Of a DNA stretch of 32,481 nucleotides, positions 25,894 to 32,481 are shown in pieces. The translations under genes were made by a program, and so were the position numbers. How positions within the stretch are numbered: the first letter of the stretch is position 1; the number at the start of each line of letters is the position of its first letter. The notes under the pieces are model-generated. The model was not told the origin of the DNA and made no database searches. It saw only the letters and a list, made by a program, of their open reading frames with translations. Location of the stretch: positions 1 through 32,481 of the forward strand of contig JAJRYZ010000063.1 in the NCBI GenBank assembly GCA_024275515.1, in the 5' to 3' direction. This DNA is from Spirochaetota bacterium. GTDB taxonomy: Bacteria; Spirochaetota; Spirochaetia; ARS1246.

Positions 25894-27015
25894 ATGAGCG
25901 GTCGAGACCTCATGAAGGCGGCGATGCGCCGCAAACCGACGCCGAGAATCCCGACGATGCCGCAGATCTGTCACGACACACCGACCAGGATCTATGCGGC
26001 GAACGACGGCGTCGACTGGATCGACGGAATGGCCGGGTGCGTCGAAGATCCGAACGTGATATACGATTATGTTATTCGCCTCGTCGAGGAAATCGATTGT
26101 GACGGCCTCCGTCTTTTTATCAAACCCGATCCCATGCGCGTCACGCGGGAAGGCGATACGCTCGTCGTCGTCGACGAGTCGGGCGCCCGGATCGGCGTTA
26201 TCGACATCGAGGGCGGCGGCGCCTTCAGGCCCGACTCTCCGCCCGCTTCGGTGCAGACGCTCGAGGAGGCCGAGAAGCGATGCGCCGAGCTCGTCGATCG
26301 GTTTTCCGATGAGAAACTCGAAATGCTCAAGCGCGCCCGCGACAGAGTTCCCGACCGGTTCGTCGCATCGAGTCCGCTGGGAATGACCATGAACACCTAC
26401 ACCGCGCTGCGGGGCCGAGAGCTCGCGATGATCGATCTGTACGATCGTCCTTCGTTTGTGCAAGACGTGTTCGAAATCCAGGTCGAAGCGGCGATCGAAC
26501 AGGCCGAACGATTGCTGTCGACGGGAATCGACGCGTTCTATATCGGAGACCCGGCGGCAAGCGCAAGCCTGATAAGCCCACAGCATTTCGAACGCTTCTG
26601 TCTGCCGGCCTACCAGCGGTTCTGCCGCCGTTTCCGCGACGATCCGGTCCTGATCTACATCCATGTCTGTGGAAACTCGGCGCCGATTCTCGAAATGCTC
26701 GCCGACACAGGCGCCGACGCGGTTGAGCCGCTCGACCCGCTCGGCGGAGTCTCGGTAGCCGACGCGAAACGGCGAATCGGCGAGCGAGTCGCGCTTATGG
26801 GAGGCGTCAACACGCTGACCCTCGCGCTCGGCTCTCCGGAGGAAGTCGCCGAGGAGGCGAAGACGAAGTGTCGGGAGGGCGGTCCGCGCGGTTACATTCT
26901 CGCCGCAGGGGACATGGTGCCGCCGCGCACCCCGCTTGAAAACCTCAAAGCGCTCGTTGCCGTCGTGCATGCAAACGGAATGACGATTCGCAGTCACGCC
27001 TCTCAGGCGCCGTAG
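25894..27015 (+). CDS. Uroporphyrinogen-decarboxylase (URO-D) family protein, MtaA/CmuA-like methyltransferase type. Start taken at MSGRDL (25894).
   Basis: URO-D-like TIM barrel signatures: N-terminal KPTPRIPTMPQ (compare ...G.P.DR.PV.) and C-terminal IHVCGNSAPILEMLADTGADAVEPLD. Confidence 0.8.
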   Translation: MSGRDLMKAAMRRKPTPRIPTMPQICHDTPTRIYAANDGVDWIDGMAGCVEDPNVIYDYVIRLVEEIDCDGLRLFIKPDPMRVTREGDTLVVVDESGARIGVIDIEGGGAFRPDSPPASVQTLEEAEKRCAELVDRFSDEKLEMLKRARDRVPDRFVASSPLGMTMNTYTALRGRELAMIDLYDRPSFVQDVFEIQVEAAIEQAERLLSTGIDAFYIGDPAASASLISPQHFERFCLPAYQRFCRRFRDDPVLIYIHVCGNSAPILEMLADTGADAVEPLDPLGGVSVADAKRRIGERVALMGGVNTLTLALGSPEEVAEEAKTKCREGGPRGYILAAGDMVPPRTPLENLKALVAVVHANGMTIRSHASQAP

Positions 27016-27123
27016 GCGGATCCCGGGCGACTCACCTCGACGCCTATCGGTCGGGCGTCGCGTCCGCGTCGGCACGCCGAGACTCCGGCGCTCGTCGCTT
27101 CGCAGGCTTGCCCGCCGTTCGCC

Positions 27124-27597
27124 TTACCGACCGGCAAGCAAACCGGCGACTCCATCGTGCCCACGACGCCGCGCGGCCTCTTCGGGAGTGAAAACTCCGA
27201 CGATTTCGTATCGGTCGCCTTCGTCGGAGAAAACCGGCGATTCCATTGAAGGATCGGCGCCGTGTTCGAACAGAAACCGGGCCATGCGCCCGTTTCGCTC
27301 GATCACCCGATCGAAAAGCGTTTCCCCGGAATCAAAGAGGTGCTCGTCGCTAAGATCGCCTCCCGTCCCCGTGTAGGGCAGATAGGTCGCCAGGATACCC
27401 ACTCCGACCTCGCCGAGAGCGGGGTCGCGAACGACGGCCCTGGAAAAGTCGGCGTGCTCCTCGACGTACGCCGAAAGTGCGTCGACGTCGCCGGAAAAAA
27501 CCAGCCGCACGAACTCCTCGCTCACCTCTTCCGCACCAAGCGGCAGAACCGCCGCCGTCATGACGAAGACGATCAAGGCCGATCTCAGCCGCACCAT
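27124..27597 (-). CDS. Small secreted hypothetical protein with a signal peptide and possible ankyrin-like repeat.
   Basis: N-terminal MVRLRSALIVFVMTAAVLPLGA is signal-peptide-like. LFDRVIERNGRMARFLFEHGADP resembles an ANK repeat half. 27 bp downstream of iolC on the same strand. Confidence 0.4.
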   Translation of the reverse strand: MVRLRSALIVFVMTAAVLPLGAEEVSEEFVRLVFSGDVDALSAYVEEHADFSRAVVRDPALGEVGVGILATYLPYTGTGGDLSDEHLFDSGETLFDRVIERNGRMARFLFEHGADPSMESPVFSDEGDRYEIVGVFTPEEAARRRGHDGVAGLLAGR

Positions 27598-27624
27598 TTC
27601 GCCCCTCCGTTTTTCCGCCGTACC

Positions 27625-28638
27625 TCACAGCCCACCGTGCGCCCCGACAAACTCATCGATTTCGCCCGCCGTCGGCATCGACGCCGAGCACGCGTGGCGA
27701 GTCACCACAATCGCGCCGCACGCGTTTCCCAATCTTGCGGCGCGCTCGATATCGTAACCGGCGAGAAGCCCCGAAAGGAATCCCGCGCCGAACGCGTCCC
27801 CGGCGCCCAATATGTTGACGACCTCGACGGGGAATCCCGGCACCTCCGTACGGTCGCCCGATCGGTGGAGCCGGCAGCCGCGCGGTCCGGTCTTTTCGAC
27901 CACGATCTCGGCGCCGTGTGACAACAGCGAATCGACCGCCTCCGACACCGCGCCTTCGACTCTGGTGTCCGACACCGCCGAGTGTTTCAACTCCATCTGC
28001 GAAACGTCGGCGAGCATGATCGCGTTGAGCTCATCGCACGTTCCGATGACGATATCTACCGCGTGCAGCACTCCTCGGACCACCGGACCGAAGGCCCGTG
28101 GATCATGCCACTGATCGGGCCGAAAATCGACGTCGAAAACCACGATCGCTCCCTCCGAACGCGCCCGCTCCGCGGCGAACAGCGTGGCCGACCGACTCGG
28201 CTCGCGACTCAAGTTGGTGCCGGCGAACTCGAATACGCGACACTCGTCGATCGGCGCCGCGCGGACATCGTCGATGGTAAGCGCGATATCGGCGCAGTTC
28301 TCCCGGTAATACACGAGTGGAAACGTCCCCGGCGGCTGCACGCCGAGTATCACCGCGCTCGTTCGCCGATCCGGTTTAACGGGAATGAAAGAGACGTCGA
28401 CGCCTTCGGCTTTCAGGAACTCCAGCACGAACTCTCCCACCGGATCGGCGCCGACGGCGGTCAGCAGCGCCGTCGTTCCGCCGAGACGCTTGACGCCGAC
28501 GCTCATATTGGTGGGCGACCCACCGACGTATGCGCTGAAGCTCTTGATCTCGGGAAACGGAGCGCCGATGTCGTTGCTGTACAGATCGATACACGACCGG
28601 CCCATATGGACCGTGTCGAACCTTGCCTCGTTTTTCAT
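27625..28638 (-). CDS. iolC: 5-dehydro-2-deoxygluconokinase (PfkB family).
   Basis: Collinear with B. subtilis IolC: FDTVHMGRSCIDL...FSAYVGGSPTNMSVG (vs FDIVAIGRACIDL...FSKYVGGSPANIAIG), GAGDAF, C-terminal ACSASMPTAGEIDEFV (vs HSSSEAMPTAEEIEQL). ATG 28638 forms an ATGA overlap with the iolJ stop. Confidence 0.8.
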   Translation of the reverse strand: MKNEARFDTVHMGRSCIDLYSNDIGAPFPEIKSFSAYVGGSPTNMSVGVKRLGGTTALLTAVGADPVGEFVLEFLKAEGVDVSFIPVKPDRRTSAVILGVQPPGTFPLVYYRENCADIALTIDDVRAAPIDECRVFEFAGTNLSREPSRSATLFAAERARSEGAIVVFDVDFRPDQWHDPRAFGPVVRGVLHAVDIVIGTCDELNAIMLADVSQMELKHSAVSDTRVEGAVSEAVDSLLSHGAEIVVEKTGPRGCRLHRSGDRTEVPGFPVEVVNILGAGDAFGAGFLSGLLAGYDIERAARLGNACGAIVVTRHACSASMPTAGEIDEFVGAHGGL

Positions 28639-29597
28639 TCGCATCCTGCGTCTTCCCCCCGCCGGCGTGCAATGCGATCGACGTCGCCGGCCGCCTCGCC
28701 GGACGGCCGTTCGGTCCGAAGCATCGAGATGTGCTCGGCGACGCATCGCATCGTCGCCGCACGAACCGCTTCGTCGATGCGCGTCGGATCGTATTCGCCG
28801 CGGTGTTTCGAAATGTAGTCGTAGGCCGTATCGATCAGCGTTTTTTTGAGCACCGTCGAGATGTTCACCTTGACGAACCCGACATCGATCAACGCGTGCA
28901 GGGTTTTGCGCGGAAGTCCGGTTCCACCGTGCACGACGAGAGGCGTCGCGATACCCGCCTCTTCCAGACGTTTTCCGATCCGTTCGACTCGCCGGAAATC
29001 GATATGCGGATCCGCGGTTCTGTAGAAACCGTGCGCCGTTCCGATCGCCGGGGCAAGAAGATCGACGCCGGTCTCCTCAACAAACCGAACCGCCTCGGCG
29101 GGATCGCACAACGCCGCGGTCGCGCCCGGCGTCGTCCCCGTCGAAGCGCCCTCTTCGACGCCGCCGATGGCGCCGAGTTCCGCTTCGACGGCAATCTCCC
29201 TGCCGAGCGAACGTTCGAGGCGCCGGACCATCGATACGACGCGTTTGGTTCGGTCGATATTCTCCTCAAGCCCGAGCCTTGAGCCGTCGAACATGACGCT
29301 GCCGAACCCCGCGCGCGCCGCCGCCGCGATCAGCTCCGGCGACGAGGTGTGATCCAGATGCAACACCACCGGCTGCACACAACGCTCGGCGTGCACGCCG
29401 AACACTGCGGCCACCGCCTCCGGGCCGAGGAACTCCACCACCGGTCCGGTGACCTGTACGATAAGCGGCGAGTCGGCTCCGACCGCCGCGGCGACAAATG
29501 CATCGATCTGCGCGAGCGAGGTGATATTGAACGCTCCGATTCCGGCTCGCCGCTTCAAAGTGGTCCGAAAGAGCGTTTTCGCGTCCGCGACACTCAT
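28635..29597 (-). CDS. iolJ: Class II aldolase, 6-phospho-5-dehydro-2-deoxy-D-gluconate aldolase / FbaA family.
   Basis: IGAFNI, HLDHTSS, VMFDGS, GTAHG, HGGTG motifs in the order seen in B. subtilis IolJ/FbaA. Confidence 0.8.
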   Translation of the reverse strand: MSVADAKTLFRTTLKRRAGIGAFNITSLAQIDAFVAAAVGADSPLIVQVTGPVVEFLGPEAVAAVFGVHAERCVQPVVLHLDHTSSPELIAAAARAGFGSVMFDGSRLGLEENIDRTKRVVSMVRRLERSLGREIAVEAELGAIGGVEEGASTGTTPGATAALCDPAEAVRFVEETGVDLLAPAIGTAHGFYRTADPHIDFRRVERIGKRLEEAGIATPLVVHGGTGLPRKTLHALIDVGFVKVNISTVLKKTLIDTAYDYISKHRGEYDPTRIDEAVRAATMRCVAEHISMLRTERPSGEAAGDVDRIARRRGEDAGCE

Positions 29598-29611
29598 CGA
29601 CTGATCGTCTC

Positions 29612-30508
29612 CTATATCCCGGCGGTCGTTCGAATATGCTCTCGAGCCTTGATCGCATGCTCAAGCGGGTTCGCCCGCCGAGGATCCTGTTCCGCCTCCA
29701 CGACCATCCATCCACGGTAATCCGCGTGGGCGAGAAGGTCGAAAAGCGGCGCAAAATCGATATCTCCGTCGCCGGGAACGGTGAACACGCCGGCGCGCAC
29801 CGCGTCGAGGAAACTCATCCGCTCCCTTCGCGCCTTCTCGGCGATATTCCGACGCAGGTCTTTCAGATGCACATGCGCTACCCTCGGAAGGAACTCTTCG
29901 AGCGCCGCGGCGGGATCCTCACCCGACATCGCGAAATGACCCGTATCGAAGAGCAGCGAAAGGTCTCCCGGATCGGTTTCCGCGAGCAATCGCCGCGTCT
30001 CGTCGACCGTCTGAACGCCGGTTCCCATATGATGATGGTAGACCGGCGTCAGGCCGAACTCCGAGGCGTGATGTGCAAGCGTCCGGATCCCGTCGGTAAG
30101 CGCGCGCCATTCGCGCTCGTCGAACACCGGCTTCGCTTCATACACCGGAACGTCGATCCGTCCCTGTATGCTCCGTCCCTGCTCGGAGATCCCGATCACG
30201 CGCGCTCCGAGACCTCGGAGAAGAGCGCACCGTCGGCGAAACGCATTCACCGTCTCTTCAAGCGGCGGCGTCGTAAGAAAGGCGCTGAACCACGCATTGC
30301 ACACCGCAAGCCCCCTCAGCGAAAGCTCGCGTTTCAACACCGCAGGATCCGTTGGAAACTGAGAGCCCAGCTCACACCCGGCATAACCGGCGAGCGCCAT
30401 CTCGCTCACGCATTGCTCGAAGGGGATGTGCCCGCCGAGCTCGGGCATGTCGTCGTTGGTCCATCCGATCGGCGCTATCGCGACGGAGACCTTGTTCGAA
30501 TCGAGCAT
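29612..30508 (-). CDS. iolE: Inosose (2-keto-myo-inositol) dehydratase, xylose-isomerase-like TIM barrel.
   Basis: Near-collinear with B. subtilis IolE: IAPIGWTNDDMPELGG, NAWFSAFLTT, VYHHHMGTGVQT, HVHLKD, FTVPGDGDIDF, VVEAEQDP. Confidence 0.9.
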   Translation of the reverse strand: MLDSNKVSVAIAPIGWTNDDMPELGGHIPFEQCVSEMALAGYAGCELGSQFPTDPAVLKRELSLRGLAVCNAWFSAFLTTPPLEETVNAFRRRCALLRGLGARVIGISEQGRSIQGRIDVPVYEAKPVFDEREWRALTDGIRTLAHHASEFGLTPVYHHHMGTGVQTVDETRRLLAETDPGDLSLLFDTGHFAMSGEDPAAALEEFLPRVAHVHLKDLRRNIAEKARRERMSFLDAVRAGVFTVPGDGDIDFAPLFDLLAHADYRGWMVVEAEQDPRRANPLEHAIKAREHIRTTAGI

Positions 30509-30519
30509 GCGAGCCTCCG

Positions 30520-32415
30520 TCAGTAAGGCCGGGCGAACCGTGATTCACGCTTCGCGGCTTCGTAGGCGGCGCGTACCCGTTCACTCGGCGAAACCTCGGG
30601 AACACCGACGCGCCACCACGACCCATACCCGCCGCTCATCGACTTGGCGGCAACCTTGATATCGACGACGCTCGGCTTCGAAGCGCCGAGAGCCGCCTCC
30701 ATCGCGCTTCGAAGCTCTCCTTCGGTTCGCGCGGAAAACCCGAGGGCGCCGTAGGAACGTGCGTTGGCCGCGAAATCGAGCGGCACGGTCGGCCCGTCGA
30801 GTCGCCCCGACGCGTCTCTGGCGCGAAAGTAGGTTGCGTAGCTCGATATGCCCTGCGAGGTCTGCAGATTGTCGATACACTGATAGCCCGAGTTATCGAA
30901 AACGACGACGATGATCTTTGTTCCCTCCCGGACGGCGGTGAGGAGCTCCGAATGCAGCATGACATAGCTGCCGTCTCCAACAAGCGCAACCACCTCCCGC
31001 TCGGGCTCGGCGAGTTTGACGCCGAACGCGCCCGAGATCTCGTAGCCCATACACGAATACCCGTATTCCACGTGGTAGCCGTCGGGCTCCCGCGACCGCC
31101 AGAGTCGTTGAAGATCGCCCGGAATGCTTCCCGAAGAGCCTACGATCACCGCGTCGCGCGGAAGGAGCTCCTCGTTAAGCAGTCCGAGCACGCCGGTCTG
31201 CGAAAGCGCCGTACCGTCCCCTACCTTGTCGTGAATCGAGCCGTAGAGGCCGTCGACCTCTTCGCGCCAGGCCGCGATCGCCTCGGCCGTTTCGTCGGCG
31301 CCGTCCGAACGGTAGCCGCGCGCCTCCAGCGCCGCGCGCAGAAGCTGCAGACCCACGCGTGCGTCACACTTCATCGGTCGCGCTCCCATTTTGTGCGCGT
31401 CGAAGCCGTTGACGTTGATGCTGAGAAACCTCACGTCGGGATTCCGGAACGCGCTCTTGGAAGCGGTGGTAAAGTCGCCGAGGCGCGTCCCGACGGCGAG
31501 CACGAGATCGGCTTCGGCGGCGATCCGGTTCGCCGCCGCGCCTCCGGTCACCCCGATTCCGCCGAGGTTCAACGGATGGTCCCACGCGAGCACGCCCTTC
31601 CCCGCCTGCGTCTCGGCGAAAGGCGCGCCGGTGGCCTCGCACAGTGCGGCGAGTTCCTCTCCCGCAAGCGAGTACCTCACGCCCCCGCCTGCGATAACGA
31701 GGGGCCTCCGAGCGGAGGCGAACGCATCGGCGACCGAATCGACCGACTCAAGAAAGGGCCGGACTCTCCCCACATCCCACGTACGTTCGGACAGAAACTC
31801 CTCGGGATAGTCCCACGCTTCGGCCTGCACGTCCTGCGGCAGGCACACGGTAACGGCGCCGGCCGCGGCCGGATCGACAAGGGTCCTGACGGCGTTGAGA
31901 CACGCCGTGATCAGTTGTTCGGGCCGCGCAACCCGATCCCAATAGACACTTACCGGCTTGAACGCGTCGTTCGCGGTGATCGTGGGATCCCGCGCGTGCT
32001 CGATCTGCTGAAGCACCGGGTCGGGTTGCCTGCAGGCGAAAACGTCTCCTGGAAGCAGGAGCACAGGAATCCGGTTGACCGTTGCCGTTGCGGCGGCGGT
32101 TACCATATTCGTCGCTCCCGGCCCGATCGAGCTCGTCACCGCGCATATCTGCCGTCGTTTCTTCTGCTTGGCGAAAGCGATCGCCGCGTGCGCCATGCCC
32201 TGCTCGTTGTGTCCCTGATACAGCACAAGATTATGATCGGCCTCAACGAGCGCCTCGCCGAGACCGACGACGTTGCCGTGACCGAACACGGCGAAGACGC
32301 CGTGGACGAGCTTCGTCCGTTCGCCGTCGAACGACACGTATTGGGCGTCAAGAAATCGCACCAGCGCCTGAGCGGCGGTCAGTCTGATCGTCTTCACTGC
32401 GTCACCCTCCTGCAT
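30520..32415 (-). CDS. iolD: 3D-(3,5/4)-trihydroxycyclohexane-1,2-dione hydrolase (TPP-dependent, acetolactate-synthase-like). Start at MQEGDAVKTIRLT (32415).
   Basis: N-terminal KTIRLTAAQALVRFLDAQYV...VFAVFGHGNV matches B. subtilis IolD (KKIRLTTAQALIKFLNQQYI...IFTIFGHGNV). TPP motif GDGSYVM. About 631 aa. Confidence 0.9.
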   Translation of the reverse strand: MQEGDAVKTIRLTAAQALVRFLDAQYVSFDGERTKLVHGVFAVFGHGNVVGLGEALVEADHNLVLYQGHNEQGMAHAAIAFAKQKKRRQICAVTSSIGPGATNMVTAAATATVNRIPVLLLPGDVFACRQPDPVLQQIEHARDPTITANDAFKPVSVYWDRVARPEQLITACLNAVRTLVDPAAAGAVTVCLPQDVQAEAWDYPEEFLSERTWDVGRVRPFLESVDSVADAFASARRPLVIAGGGVRYSLAGEELAALCEATGAPFAETQAGKGVLAWDHPLNLGGIGVTGGAAANRIAAEADLVLAVGTRLGDFTTASKSAFRNPDVRFLSINVNGFDAHKMGARPMKCDARVGLQLLRAALEARGYRSDGADETAEAIAAWREEVDGLYGSIHDKVGDGTALSQTGVLGLLNEELLPRDAVIVGSSGSIPGDLQRLWRSREPDGYHVEYGYSCMGYEISGAFGVKLAEPEREVVALVGDGSYVMLHSELLTAVREGTKIIVVVFDNSGYQCIDNLQTSQGISSYATYFRARDASGRLDGPTVPLDFAANARSYGALGFSARTEGELRSAMEAALGASKPSVVDIKVAAKSMSGGYGSWWRVGVPEVSPSERVRAAYEAAKRESRFARPY

Positions 32416-32428
32416 CACGCTCCCGACC

Positions 32429-32470
32429 ACATGACGGCATCCGACCGCATCACCCACGCATGCGTCGGAT
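32429..32470. promoter_or_regulatory. Inverted repeat ATCCGAC-N18-GTCGGAT enclosing the 10-bp perfect palindrome ACGCATGCGT (32456-32465), 14-55 nt upstream of the iolD start. Candidate operator or leader hairpin of the iol operon.
   Basis: Direct reading; at the edge of the window, so the promoter context is incomplete. Confidence 0.3.
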
Positions 32471-32481
32471 CGAAGACCCGA

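Noticed and set aside
24406-27075. 889-aa minus-strand ORF
   Set aside because: Only the last 440 codons (24406..25728) form a coherent MFS transporter. Upstream of 25728 the frame is simply antisense to the clearly real URO-D-family gene (25894..27015) and reads as Arg-rich junk.

Overview
High-GC (~65-68%) bacterial chromosomal window with no rRNA, tRNA, CRISPR or mobile-element genes; about 31 protein-coding genes are supported. The six-frame track is dominated by antisense and alternate-frame ORFs typical of high-GC DNA. The real genes are mostly on the minus strand and form six blocks.

- **Sugar/oxidoreductase operon (about 2.2-7.3 kb, minus).** Zn-dependent alcohol dehydrogenase with a premature in-frame TAG, Gfo/Idh/MocA oxidoreductase, xylose-isomerase-like sugar-phosphate isomerase (GTGA overlap), a PAS-GAF sensor histidine kinase with no response regulator, and a 77-aa small protein that has its own RBS, promoter and operator-like palindrome.
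- **DUF402 / amidohydrolase-2 pair,** followed by a class IV aminotransferase that converges on a tungsten-type aldehyde:ferredoxin oxidoreductase.
- **Lower-GC (~50%) island, roughly 11.8-18.2 kb.** It carries LacI, a GH-A-clan glycoside hydrolase (DUF4038/GH140-like), E1-alpha and E1-beta of an acetoin/pyruvate-dehydrogenase-type complex, a free-standing lipoyl domain that looks like a truncated E2, and a degenerate SDR with an internal deletion and its catalytic Tyr replaced by Phe.
- **YtrA-type GntR operon (plus).** A sigma70-like promoter and palindromic operator, then GntR, a multi-TM SPFH/stomatin protein, an ABC ATPase, two ABC-2 permeases, a 68-aa membrane protein and a class I/II aminotransferase.
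- **Divergent MFS transporter / URO-D (MtaA-like) pair.** Their intergenic palindrome shares a 24-nt motif with the AOR upstream region.
- **Myo-inositol catabolic operon iolD-iolE-iolJ-iolC** plus a small secreted ankyrin-like protein (27.1-32.4 kb, minus).

The most unusual signals are the decaying or re-purposed GH-E1-lipoyl-SDR island operon, the shared motif, the SPFH-containing YtrA-like transporter operon, and the ADH with an in-frame stop.
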